Below are positions 11,701-23,771 of a DNA stretch of 64,000 bases, piece after piece. Under the pieces are notes generated by a model. It was not told the DNA's origin. It worked only from the letters and a program-made list of their open reading frames with translations, and made no database searches. Numbering within the stretch: the first letter of the stretch is position 1; each line of letters begins with the position of its first letter. Made by a program: the position numbers and the translations under genes. The stretch comes from Azolla caroliniana (Eukaryota; Plantae; Polypodiophyta), in NCBI GenBank assembly GCA_043228905.1, contig JBHGNT010000022.1:1798001-1862000 (forward strand), written 5' to 3'.

Positions 11701-12001
11701 ATCAGCTGAGAAGCTGACGTAATTGATCTCCTCATGCCAGCCACTCTTCTTGTTGTTCTTGTTCTTGAGTGCACGGCAGTCGGCTTTGATGTGTCCGGGT
11801 TTCTTGCAATAGTTGCAGATTCGGTTATCCCGTGACTGGCTCCGTCTTCGCTGATTGTTCGGCGGCCGTGAGGAATCTCTTCCTCGTGTGTTCGATCGGT
11901 CTCTCGAACCTTGTACTACGTAAGCGTCGTCTGTTGAGTCTTTGGCGAAAGACTTTCTCCGAGCTGCTTCGGTCAGGATTGCGCTCGTGACTTCGGAGTA
12001 T

Positions 12002-12514
12002 TTAACAGCCGTGGCACACGGTTGTGACGAAAGTTTCCCATGATGAGGGAAGGCTGCTCATGAGTATCATTGCTCTGAGTTCATCCTCGATTGCCGTCCC
12101 CTGTGACGAGATTTGGGAGCTTATGCTTTCGTACTCATTGAGATGTGCTTGAACCGAATCGGATTCTTTCATCCGCAAGTTGTAGAGGCGCCGGATCAGA
12201 AACATCTTCGTTGCGGCGACCTTCTTTTCGTAAGTGTCCGACAGTGTTTTCCACAGTTCGAATGCTGTCGTACACGATTGCACCGTAAAGTATACCGATT
12301 CCGATAGGTGCATCCGAATCGTGGCGCGGACGATTCTGTCCAGCTTCTGCCACTCAATTGGTTTGTATCCTTCTGGAGGTTCTTCATTTTCGATGGGATC
12401 GATTTGCCCCTTGACTATGAGATAGTCCTGCATTTGCTCCTTCCAGAAGTTGAAGTTCGATCCATCGAACTTTCGTAGACTCATTTCTGACGAGCCGGAT
12501 GTTGATGCCATCAA
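12002..12514 (-). pseudogene. copia B1 gag N-terminal part, frameshifted near 12010
   Basis: KFDGSNFNFWK, LMSSLPSSWETF; the related copy B2 reads TTVCNASTATVKY where B1 has a short deletion. Confidence 0.88.
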
Positions 12515-13193
12515 ATTTGGTTTCGGTTGACGAAGCTCGGTTCGGAGTTGACTACGAACCTTGTGGGAGTGCAGCCGGTTGGCTCACCCGATATCGTTCT
12601 AGTCGGATTTGAACCCGAGTCGGTTCGGCTTCGGATATATGTATTGTTGAACTTGCTCGAATTGACTCCGGTAACTTGAGGGACAGAACCGACTGGTCTT
12701 CCCGAAAGTTGCCGAGTCTGGGTGAGCCCGGTTCGCTTCGGATATATATGCCGAATACCGATTATTGAAACCGATTGTCTGGACCGATTCTGCTTTGGGT
12801 GGCTGCAGCGACGAGAGAGACAGATCCAACTGATCCTCTCGAATGTCGATCAGCCGGATGAAGCACGAATTGGGGTTGTTGTCTTGAGACCGATCTGCAC
12901 CGAGTGGTTACAATGAGCGGCGAGCAGCGATTGATGACCTCTTCGGATGCCGTTTAACCGAGTGGAGCACGATCGTGTCAATGTTGCACAAGGGGATTTC
13001 ACCTCGAGCGGTTACGATCACAGGGAATAGAGTACAACCTGTTGGCTTACTCCAAGCGAAGATGATCTAACGCGATGAGGTGCGAGCCTCGTTTTTCTTC
13101 TTCTTCTCTCTTCTTCGAATGACGCAAGAAACCGAATGCTGTGCAGGTTGAGACGACGTCCGACAGCGGATTGAAGGACCGAATACTGTGCAG

Positions 13194-13205
13194 GCTCTGA
13201 TACCA
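13194..13205 (-). other. Primer-binding site (tRNA-iMet) of copia B1
   Basis: TGGTATCAGAGC on the minus strand, 2 nt from the LTR. Confidence 0.95.
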
Positions 13206-13207
13206 GA

Positions 13208-13504
13208 TGTTGGAGATCAAGGTCGTCTATGCGGAAGATCAAGAAGCATTCGATTCTGTTCTGAGTACCTGCGTATGACAGTTTCTACGATCTTGCACAG
13301 AGAGAGAGAGAGAGAGAGGCACAAAAGACTTTCTATTCCACAAAGCAATAGTACAACACCCAACCTTACAAAAAGGTTACAAGGTCACTATATATAGTGA
13401 CCGACTTAGGGCAACTACCCTTTATGCTAATTACACAAATGGCCCAAACTTGAGCTATAGAAGGGGATAGTGTGAATACGTCCATTATACACTTGTATTC
13501 GACA
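13208..13504 (-). repeat. 5' LTR of copia B1
   Basis: TG...CA, adjacent PBS, TSD immediately outside. Confidence 0.96.
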
Positions 13505-13509
13505 CTTCT

Positions 13510-14840
13510 TTCCCTGCATTCCTTGTATTGTGACGCTTTGAGGTGCCATCTTCTTCACCGGTTCTTTTCCTCTTCTCTTCGACAAGAGCCTCATAGTTGT
13601 CGCACACAACCTCCGCAAAGCTTGTGTTATCGTCGACTGGATCCGACCATCCGGTTACTTGTCGCACATTCCGATCAGCATGTTTGAGATCCTCCAAATC
13701 TATTTTTCCTTTCTTTTCACACTCGAATACCGTTGGCCAAAACCCAATTCCCGGCTTGATCGTCTTTAGATTCTCTCTTCCGACTCGTATTCCCGCCGAT
13801 GCGGCGTAGTGCATGGCTTCCACATGCCTTGCAACTTCCTCTTCCACAATCTTTTTCAGCCCGCCTCTTCCAAAGTTCACTCGTAGCGGCTTTCGGGTCT
13901 CGCTCGAGTGAATCATGTTGCCGTCCAAATAGACGACATTCTTGCAAATCGCGTCTTGCAAGTCAGTGCACTCCCTTCGTGAGTGCTCGAAGTTGTCGCA
14001 CCACACACATCTATATGCTTCTTTTCCCTTTTGCCCGCGTCGACCTAAGTTGGCCAATGATACCACTTCAAACTTCTTGGAGAGCTCTTCGATTATAGAT
14101 TCCTCCATCGCTTTCTTGTCGAAATTGTTGATCGGCTTGTTAGACTCAATCGTCACAGGTGCATTCCTTCTCCACGATTGTGGATTCTCCATATCAGTTT
14201 CCTCTTGCCATTGTCGACGCTTATCAAGACGGCTCCAAGCCTTCTTCACCGCCGCCCAGTCCGCCACCAAGCCATTTGGTTATGTTTCATCCTCCAAAAA
14301 GTTACCCAATTCACGCCGATCTTTTGCATCCATTGCCTTCAGGAATAGTAGGACTTTATCTCCACCGAGAACTCGTTGATCAACACTCGGAAGTCGGTTA
14401 TACTTCTGGTCGAATTCGGCATATACTCCAGACGCACACATATTCTTCCCTTTCTTCTCGATCCAAGACATTAGCGTATGTCGAGTCATCCGTGATGGGT
14501 CTTCAAGCATGTATTCGGCGAGAAGCGCCTTTTCGAACTCCGCCCAAGTTGCATGCTCGCTTTGAATCTCCATGATGCGGTTGCAGATCTGTGGTTCCAC
14601 CACACGTTTAAAGCTAGAAATTTGTTTGAGATCGTTGACATCCCTTTGTTGCATCTCGTTCCGATAGGTAGCGAGAAGATCCGTGATGTTCTTGCCACTA
14701 AATCATCCAGCTATCTCGACCGTACGATCAACAGCTTTGTCGATTAAAGCTTCTCGATCTCTCACCTTCAGCATGTATTCCACTATGTACACCATACCTT
14801 TCGTTAATTCCTCTCCTTGAGTTCCGCTTGTTGAAGCCAT
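13510..14840 (-). pseudogene. gypsy gag with in-frame stops; continues at 7620-8022 on the other side of B1
   Basis: ATG at 14840 (MASTSG...), FSGKNIT, TWAEFEKALL, zinc-knuckle-like CVWCDNFEHSRREC. Confidence 0.8.
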
Positions 14841-14871
14841 TGTTGCACTTGATATCCTTCCTACCGCCTCT

Positions 14872-14889
14872 TTCACGTCGGGTTCACCA
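14872..14889 (-). other. Primer-binding site complementary to the tRNA-Trp 3' end
   Basis: Plus strand TTCACGTCGGGTTCACCA matches the 3' 18 nt of plant cytosolic tRNA-Trp as I recall it; 8 nt from the LTR end. Confidence 0.85.
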
Positions 14890-14897
14890 CTTAATTA

Positions 14898-17027
14898 TGT
14901 CGTGAAAATCCGTCACTATGTGCGGATCATGAGGCGGAACCGCCGAGGTTCTGGACTAGAAGGATTTAGTGCAACACGTACAACACAAGCAAGTTTTAAG
15001 CATAAGACAAGTGGGAGAGACAAATCATTTGTTTATTGCAAAAGAAAATCGATTCTTTATAATTTCAGAATCGTGTTACAATGGGTTGGGTATGGAAATG
15101 AGAGATTAGTTTTTCAAAGAAAGGAGCCAACAACCATGCAAGGAGTGGTCCGATATGAATACGAGAGATACTTTTTTACCAGAAAGCTCAAGTCAACAAA
15201 GCTAAGAGTTTGATATCAATATGTGAGATAATTTTCTTCTTGAATCCGAGAGGGAAGAAGAAAGAAGGGGAAAAAAAAAGAAAAAAAAACTAGGAGGGAA
15301 AAAATGGGACATATATCAAGCTCCTCGTTGATCCTCCTCCCCAATGTTACTTTGCATGCCCACTTTTAGTCGGATGGCCTCTATTTTTAGTTGCATGGCC
15401 TCTGCTTTTAGTCGCATGCTTCCATGTTTAGATGCATGCCCTTTTACTTTTAGTTGCATGGCCTTGGCTTTTGGTTGCATGCGATTGTCCGTATAATTCG
15501 GCCAAATGAAACAATCATCCATAAAGTTTAGCCCGTGAGAAATCCGTACGTGCATCACAACCAAACCGTAGACGCGTCAGCGCACAAAAGTCTCGACCAC
15601 GTAGTAGTGTACGCATCCACGCATGCGCACGTTGTCGCGTTGTTACGCGCGTGCGTGTGGAAGGGGCGGGACCACGGGGATCTTGGACTAGGGAGAAGAG
15701 GAGAAAGGTTAAGACAACGAATGGAAGATTAGCTCATAGCTCAAGAGGAGAAGAGAACGAATATGACATTATGATAGAAGAAGATGAAGAAGATGGAGTC
15801 AAGATACTCAACAAGAAGTTCGATTAAGAAAACATAAACGCTTTACAATGGTGGCCGCCATGGCCGCACCAAACGACTATAAGAAAACCCTAAAGGAAAA
15901 CCCAAGAAGAAAACCCTAACCGAACCCTAACGCTCGACCTATGTGGTATACCTCGCACACTCAAAAATAGGCAACCCCCACAATGGTGCCTTCTCTCTCC
16001 TTTTATAGCACAAGGAGGGAAGACCGTTTACAAAAGTGAGACTAAAATATCCCCTTTCATTCAAAGGGGATATTTGCCTTGATTTGGGGAAGGGTGAGAT
16101 TGATGGCCCCTTAACTCCCACCTCCTCACAAACAACTAGGTACCTATGTACCGCATAGTACCTCTCTCTCTCTCTCTCGCGTGGATGTGCGTACAACCAC
16201 ATCACCTTTATACCTTTATTACTATTACAAATACATTATGTACGTGTGCAACGTTGCACATCGCTCTTTGGCTCTCATTGCTCTGGTTTCCGCTCGTGGA
16301 CGAAAATCTTCACGACATCCGCCCGACCGCGCCGTAGTGTACGCATCCACGTGTGCGCGCGTCCAACCCGCACCGTATACGCATCCGCGCACAAAAGTCT
16401 CGTCCGCGCCGTAGTGTACGCATCCACGCATGCGCACACACGCATCCGCGGCGCACATACGCATCCGTCCGAAACGTCCACGCGTACATCCACGCGTCTG
16501 CACGCTCATCCACACATACGCGTCCGTCCGAAACGTCCACGCGTACGCTGGAAACTTGTACGCGTGCATCCACACATACGCGTCCGTCCGAAACGTCCAC
16601 GCGTACGCTGGAAACTTGCACACACGCGTACATCTGAAGACGTCCATGCACGTGTACTTCCGAAAATGTCCACGTGGCCATGTAGACGCGCGTACGCCCG
16701 AAGCGTGCACACCACATAGTGTAGCCCAAGTCACTTTGAACATCCTATGCTCCTCACATTGATAGAATGAATATGTTTTGGTTTCCCTTATATATTCTGG
16801 GTTCCAATGTTGTCCTATCTATGTGGGATATCTCACAATTTTGTCTTTTCTTTTCTTTTCTTCAAACTTCACACTCACATAACTTAATACTTGTTTATCC
16901 GTTTTATGCGTAGTAAAATACGCTATGAAGCTCTTTGACACATCTATCTTTCCATATCCATATATTAAGCTAATCGTAAATAATTATTTTACTATTTCTC
17001 ATATCGTGTGTGAAAAACCACACGACA
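14898..17027 (-). repeat. 5' LTR of the gypsy element (about 2.1 kb)
   Basis: 7-bp inverted termini TGTCGTG/CACGACA; minus-strand TATAAAA near 16001-16007; copia gag resumes at 17028. Confidence 0.88.
16300..16720. repeat. CG-rich tandem repeats (about 60-bp and shorter units) in the gypsy LTR U3
   Basis: CATCCACACATACGCGTCCGTCCGAAACGTCCACGCGTACGCTGGAAACTTG repeated; related block at 15540-15660. Confidence 0.85.
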
Positions 17028-18860
17028 GCGGCAAGCAAGGTGATGTACTGCTTCGCGTCCAGTGTCGATAACCAGCTGCTCAACCATATCTGTGACGCCA
17101 AGACACCGAAGGATGCTTAGGGAAACTTGAAAAAGGTTTTTGCCGCAAGCAACATTGCCCGGAAGCTGCAACTCAGACAGGAGTTGAGTAATGTTCGATA
17201 GAAGAACATGTCGGTGGCAGATTACACAGCCCGGATCAAAGGGATCTGTGACTCGCTTGCCTCTATTAACGTCACCGTAGAGGAAGACGAGATGGTGCAA
17301 GTCTGTCTTGGAGGCCTAGCATCCAAGTTCGGAGCTTTCCGGACTGCGGTTTGTACAAGGGAGAATAGGCCCTCATTTTTCGACTTACAGTCGATGCTCC
17401 TTGTAGAGGAGAACCACACCGATGCATCTACCAGTGCATCCCCAGACATCCGAATGCTGTACACGGAGCAGATCGGTCCCACGGGCGTGATGGATGAGGC
17501 AGGTCGGCACACAATGGGTGCTTCATTGAGGATGAGGGCGAAGTTATTGCGCAAGGGCGTAGAGATGGGAGGATGTTTATCCTCAACACCAATGATGTCG
17601 GCACCGCAATGTTCACCAAAGGACAGAAGGTCAAGTCGGATATCGACTTGTGGCACAAGCGGATCGGCCACGTCAACTACAAGAGGCTTCAAGACCTGCA
17701 AACGAAACAAGTCGTTTTCGGTTTGCCGAAGTTTAGCGGCCGGAGAGCCCAAATTTGTGAAGCCTGCCAACTCGGGAAGCAACACCGGCTTCCATTCCCC
17801 ACCGAAAGAAATCGAAGTCGTAACAAGCTCGATCTTATCCATTCGGATGTGTGGGCACCAGCACAAAATGTTAGCATTAGCGGGAGTCGATATTTCGTCT
17901 CCTTCATCGACGACTACACACGGCATACGTGGATCTACCTCATTGAGCAGAAGAGCGAAGTCTTCGAGTGTTTTTGGAGCCTCCAGAAGATTGTGGAACG
18001 GGAATCGGAGAGGAAGATCACATGCCTACGGTTAGATGGCGGAAAAGAGTACTTTTCCGGCCAATTCAACAGCTATCTGCAACAAAAAGGAATTCGGCAA
18101 GAATTCAGCTGCAGATACACACTGCAACAGAACAGTGTGGCCGAAAGGAAGAATCGGTCGCTGATTGAGGCAGCTAGGGCAATGCTGGAGGAAAAGAGCA
18201 TGCCCAAGTTCGATTGGGCGGAGGCGGAGGAGTCATAGCAGCGAAGGAGCTGAGATGGGCCTATTGAGCAGACATGCCGATGGTCGAGGCGCGCAGAACC
18301 AAAGGGGTCGCGGCAAACAAAACCGGACCGGACAAGGAGCGTGAGCAAGGTGAAGCGACGCTAGGAGAAGTTGGTTGGAAGAACAGAGGTTGACACTTCG
18401 ACCCTACCTCGGGTTGAGCTTGAGGGGCAGTGTTGAGCGGCAAGCTCAACCGGAGCCGAATCGGTTGAATAAGATGAGCCGGTAAGCGAGAGGAATCGGT
18501 ATGCCGGTGAGCAACCGAGCCGGTAAGCAGTAAGGACCGGTAAGCGAGAGGAGCCGGTATGCCGGATCCAATCCGTAACCGGAAGCCTAGTATAGGTTAG
18601 ACAACTAGGCAGTTATAGTCTCGTAGTTAGTGTTAGATGCTCGTGTGAGCATTGAAGTACACCGTACTTCTAACAGTCCCGTGTGGACTTGTATAAATAG
18701 CGTTGATGAGCGCGTTGTAGATACAGAGCACAAAGTATTCATATAATTTTGAAAAATAGTATGTTTTGCTCTCTCTCGCTGTCTCTCCCGCGTACTCTCT
18801 CTCTCTCTCTCTCTCTCTGTGTATTATTCTTTCTAACGCTTCCGCAAGCAATCCTTTACA
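17028..18860 (+). mobile_element. Internally deleted copia A2 (right part), host of the gypsy element
   Basis: gag fragment, integrase fragment 17573-18230, jump directly to the 3' UTR (RT/RH missing), PPT near 18422-18430, LTR 18431-18860. Confidence 0.88.
18431..18860 (+). repeat. 3' LTR of copia A2
   Basis: TGTTGAGCGGCAAGCTCAAC...TTTACA. Confidence 0.87.
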
Positions 18861-20752
18861 CTTCCTCCATAGCAGCACGCCAATTTGCGTCTTTCGTTGC
18901 TTCTACATAGCTCTTCGGTTCACACACATCCGCCACCTTAGTCATGTACGCATAGTGATGCGCCATGTACTCATTATACTCGTACCTCATGATCGGTTCA
19001 CGCACATTCGCCACCTTAATCATGTACGCATAGTGATGTGCCATGTACTCATTATACTCGTACCTCATGACGGTTTTCTTTCGATGGGTTGACCGGCGTA
19101 ACTTTTCGTTACCCGGTTTGAGGCCCTTCTTGGCCGGTTCGGACTTCCCTTTTGAAAATCCATCTTCTTCCTTTCTGGAGTTGGATTCGCTCTGATCCGA
19201 CTCATTGTTGCCGGTTTCATATTCCAGCATCTTCTTCTTCCCCTTCTCTTTGCACGTAAACCGTCTCCTTAGTTCCTTGCGCGGGGAGAGCACGACAGAG
19301 TCTCCACTACTCGTTGGTTCTTCATCCGATTGGTCATCCCGACTCAGCCGTTCATTCGGCCCACTTAGCCGGAATGGGATCGGACTCTCTTCTAGAGTGC
19401 CGAAGTCTTTATCTTCTACCCGGACCTCCTTGGGCTCACTAGCCTCATCTTCCGGAATCAAGTCTTCGTCGGGAGTTGGAGTCGGTAAGGAGTACCATGA
19501 TGCCATCTAATCAAACTCGACATCTCGGCTTACTCGGACCTACTTATTCTGGAGGTTTTAGCACTTATACGCCTTTTGCTCATGCGAATAACCAACTAGG
19601 ATGCACTTCTCCGACTTCTGGTCCAGCTTCCTCCGCTTCTCATCCAGTACATACACATATGCTATGCTACCGAATATCCGAAGGTGCCTCAAATTCGGCT
19701 TCCGCCCAAAATACATCTCATGTGCTGACACCTTGTCTCTGATCTGGTTTTGGATGTAAACGGTCGTCCGAACCGCCTCAACCCAGTAGAATTGGGGCAT
19801 GTTCTTCTCCTCCAGCATTGCCCTTGCCACGTCAACAATCGACCAGTTCTTTCTCTCGGCCACACCATTTTGTTTTGGTGTGTATCGGTAGCTGAATTCT
19901 CTCCGAATTCTGTTCTGCTACAGATAACTGTTGAATTGGCCGGAAAAGTATTCTTTTCCGCCATCCAACCACAGGCACTTGATCTTCCTCTTCGTTTCCC
20001 TTTCGACTAAACTTTGAAGGTTCTGGAAACAATCGAACACTTCGCTTTTCTTCTCAATGAGGTAGATCCACGTGTGTCGGTTGTAGTCGTCGATGAAGGA
20101 GACGAAATACGGACACCCGCCAAGACTAACATTTTGTGTCGGTCCCCATACATCCGAATGGATTAGATCGAGCTTGTTATAGCTCTGGTTTCGTTCGGTA
20201 AGGAATGGAAGCCGGTGTAGCTTCCCGAGTTGGCAGGCTTCACAAACCTGGGCCTTCCGGCCACTGAATTTTGGCAAACCGAACACAACCTGCTTCAATT
20301 GTAGGTCCTGAAGCCTCCGGTAATTGATGTGGCTGATCCGCTTGTGCCAGAGATTGATGTTTGATTCAATCTTCTGTCCTTTGGCAAAGATGGCAGTGTC
20401 GACGTCATTAGTGTTGAGGATGAACATTGTCCCTTCTCTGTGCCCTTGCGCAATTATGGGGCCTTCTTCGTCGATGAAGCACCCGAGGTGCATAAACCGC
20501 ACCTATATTCCTTGGTCGATGATTGTCCGACCGATACCAGGTTCTTTGTGATAGTCGGAATGTGTAACACATTCATCAGCTTTCCCTTTTGTTCCAACAT
20601 GGCTTAAAGGGACTTCTCCGACATGACAATCGGGTGAGGGGTGTCGTCTCCAGTTTCGACAATCCCCGGTTGTTCTGGCTTCTCCAAAAAAGATAACCAC
20701 TCTTCATGGTTGGTCGTGTGGTTGGACGCTCCGGAATCAACGTACCATACTT

Positions 20753-21614
20753 CCTCCGATTTGGAAGTAGTCTTCTTCATCGAGTTAGCCTTGTGCTTCA
20801 TCACGAAGGCCAGCCCTTGACCAGTCTTCCTAGTTCTGAATCCTTCTGATCTCTGATCCTTCCGCGTAGTGCGAGCTTTGCCGGTTTTCCTGACCGGCTT
20901 TGCCGGATCCGGATTTTTCCGAATCGGCGTGCTTCTTCTAGCACTCGCTATCCCTATGGCCTTTCTTGCCATAGTACTAGCATTCTGTGTCGGCGTTTCC
21001 TTGCCGGTTCCTGACACCACTTTGACTCCTCCTGCTTGTGGAGGGTCCAGAACTACTGTCGGCACTGTCCTTGTGCCTTCTATCTTGCTCTTGTCGTCCG
21101 CCTCCATTGTGTGCTAACCCACCTCCTCCTCCACGTCAACGGGGCCGATCCGACTCCATGTACAGCATCCGGTTGTCTTATTGCCTCCGATTTGGAAGTA
21201 GTCTTCTTCATCGAGTTAGCCTCGTGCTTCATCACGAAGGCCAGCCCTTTACCAGTCTTCCTAGTTCCGAATCCTTCTGATCTCTGATCCTTCCGCGTAG
21301 TGCGAGCTTTGCCGATTTTCCTGACTGGCTTTGCCGGATCTGGATTTTTCCGAATCGGCGTGCTTCTTCTAGCACTCGCTTTCCCTATGGCCTTTCTTTC
21401 CATAGTACTAGCATTCTGTGCCAGCGTTTCCTTGCCAGTTCCCAACGCCACTTTGACTCCTCCTGCTTGTGGAGGGTCCAGAACTACTGTCGGCACTGTC
21501 CTTGTGCCTTCTATCTTGCTCTTGTCGTCCGCCTCCATTGCGTGCTAACCCACCTCGTCCTCCACGTCAACGAGTCCAATCCGACTCCATGTACAGTATC
21601 CGGTTGTCTTATTG
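20753..21614. repeat. 431-bp tandem duplication within A3 gag
   Basis: 20753-21183 repeated at 21184-21614 with few differences. Confidence 0.92.
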
Positions 21615-22078
21615 AGTGGTCCTCGACCCACTCACGTGTGGTTTTCTTCGACCATCAACATTGATTGTAAGTCAAAGAAGGATGGTGGCTTCTCCCACAT
21701 GTAGATCGTTGTCCGGATTGGCCCGTACCGTTGTGCTAGACCACCGAGGCAGATTTGGACCATCTCGTGTTCGTCCACTGTCACGTTGATGGACCCGAGC
21801 GCGTCACAAATCTCCTTTATCTTAGTGGTGTAGTCCGTAACCGACATATCTCTTTGCCGGATGTTGTTTAGCTCTTGTCGGAGCTGCAACTTATGGGCTA
21901 TAAATCTTCCAAAGATTTTCCCCGACTTCCTTCGGCGTCTTCGCATCCTTGATGTAGCCCAACATCTAATCGTGCACACAAGATGCGAGGCAATACAATA
22001 CTTGGCTCACTCCTTGCTCCCATGCTAGGAAGTCCTTGTGTGTCGGGTCCGGCACTACCTCGTTGATTCCTTCCAAGT

Positions 22079-23150
22079 TGTCGTGAAGATCCATCACTAC
22101 GTGCGGATCATGAGGCGGAACCACCGAGGTCCTGGACCGAAAGGATTCGAAGTTTGTACTAGCTTTAGCAAGAAAGTATTTAAGATAGATTGAGAGATTG
22201 ATATGGAGAAAGAGAGAGATTGAGATAAAGATTGAACTTTTAACTTTTAGATTTAAGAGAGAAGATACATCAACAATAGGATTATAAGTTTCTTATTTTT
22301 CTCAAATTTTTTCATTAGTTTCATTTCTTTTATAGATGCCCCCATGCATATGGTGCATGTGAGGGTGCAAGACATGCATGTAATGCACGTAATGCATGCA
22401 ATGCATGCTTGCCATGTCATCATCTAAGCTCTCATGTATAAGAATTTACATGTAAAAGTATAATGATAAAAAAATAAGTTTTAAGGAAATGACTTGGCTT
22501 AGTGGTAAGTATATTACTTCCTATCTTGGAGGTGCAAGGTTCAAGCCTTGCTCACATCCCTTTTAAAACACAAAATACTACTAGGCTTTTGGTCTTGTAT
22601 TTACACCGAAAATCTTCAAACACCATGCACCGCGATCAACCGATCCGTCTGTCCGGTCCAGTTCAATCCGATGTTGTCCGTCATTATCCGGTCTCGGTCT
22701 GGTCGCCGGTTGCCGTCTTGCCGGATCCGTCCGGTCGCCGTCCGATTCCAGTCAACCAAAACCTTTACAAGTAGTTAGGCCACACCCATTCATCCGGCCG
22801 GTTTAGCTCAAGTCACCTTGAACATTCTATGATCCACTCATAAATACAAAGTAATAGATTTTGGCCCTGCTTATATACTCTGGGATCCTTATTTGTCTTG
22901 TCTATGTGGGATATCTCGTAGTTTTGTTTTTTCTCTTCTTCTTCGCAAACTTCATACCCACATAACTTGCCACTTAGTTGTTTGTTTCTTAGTTCGAAAG
23001 CTCTTGAAGACCTCCATCTTTTTGTACCAAGATATTAAACTAGTATAAAATAGTATCTTCACTAATTGTTTTATGTTGTGTGTAAAGAACCACGCTCGAT
23101 TTTGTACATTCCATTCAATTTTCACACCGCTGGCGAAAATCTTTATGACA
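22079..23150 (-). mobile_element. Solo LTR related to the gypsy family, inserted in A3 gag
   Basis: Starts TGTCGTGAAGATCCATCACTACGTGCGGATCATGAGGCGGAACC (homologous to 14898), ends TATGACA; 4-bp TSD AAGT/ACGT; removal restores gag WSYVEG. Confidence 0.85.
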
Positions 23151-23359
23151 ACGTAGCTCCAATATCCATGCCCCAACAGGTACTAGTGCATTTTATATGA
23201 CCAAGATGCATAGTTGCTCCGGTCGAGCTTCTTTATGGGAAGTGAACTCGCCATACCTCTGTCCATATCTTCCCCTGCCTGTCCTTACCGAGTAGTAGGG
23301 TTTGTCTTCGAAAGTGTCTGTCAGCTGCAAAGGTTCTCAACCCTCTTGCTCTAATACCA

Positions 23360-23771
23360 TGTGAAAGTAAACATGTGGAAGCGTTTGACAAACCGGGTCA
23401 GCTGGATAACAACAAAAGATGAAAGGAAAACTCAACACACACACAAAGTACGCGTACGCAGGAGAGACATAGAGAAAGAGAGCAGAACACAAACTCAATT
23501 CAAAATAACACTCTGTAAACTCTGTACATACAATGTGCTACAATAGCACTATTTATACAAGTAGAGTACATCAATATTCCTACGTGTGACTGACACTAAC
23601 TACAAGACAATGATTACCTAGTAGTCTAGGCTACAACTAGGCTTCTATTTCACGCTCGAATCCATCTCCAGCTGGTTGTTTCCGGATACCGATCCGGCTC
23701 ATCCTTCCGGATGTTGATCCGGCTCAAGCTTATCCAACAGATCTGAATCCGGTTGAGCTTGCCGCTCAACA
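23360..23771 (-). repeat. 5' LTR of copia A3
   Basis: TG...CA, adjacent PBS. Confidence 0.88.

Larger units (their letters stand above)
8023..13504 (-). mobile_element. Full-length Ty1/copia element B1 (Tnt1/Tork-like), very recent insertion into gypsy gag
   Basis: LTRs 8023-8325 and 13208-13504 differ by one substitution plus (GA)n length; 5-bp TSD CTTCT at 8018-8022 and 13505-13509; iMet PBS; PPT at 8326-8332. Confidence 0.97.
3611..17027 (-). mobile_element. Ty3/gypsy LTR retrotransposon (non-chromovirus, possibly Phygy/Selgy-like), degenerate, interrupted by copia B1 and A1
   Basis: gag-PR-RT-RH-INT order on the minus strand; 5' LTR 14898-17027 with TGTCGTG/CACGACA termini; inner 44 bp of the 3' LTR at 3611-3654 match 16984-17027; purine-rich PPT (GGTGGGGGTGAA on minus) at 3655-3666. 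Confidence 0.93.
18861..23771 (-). mobile_element. Degenerate copia A3 (5' half: LTR, gag, PR, INT, up to RT start), host of A2
   Basis: LTR 23360-23771, PBS-like TGGTATTAGAGC at 23348-23359, WYVDSGASNH, HSDVWGP; cut at MEE by the A2 LTR. Confidence 0.9.

Noticed and set aside
16225-16762. Several overlapping ORFs on both strands
   Set aside because: By-products of stop-poor CG-rich LTR repeats.
22488-22564. Functional tRNA gene (also 42900-42970)
   Set aside because: A and B boxes are present but no acceptor or anticodon stems can be formed.
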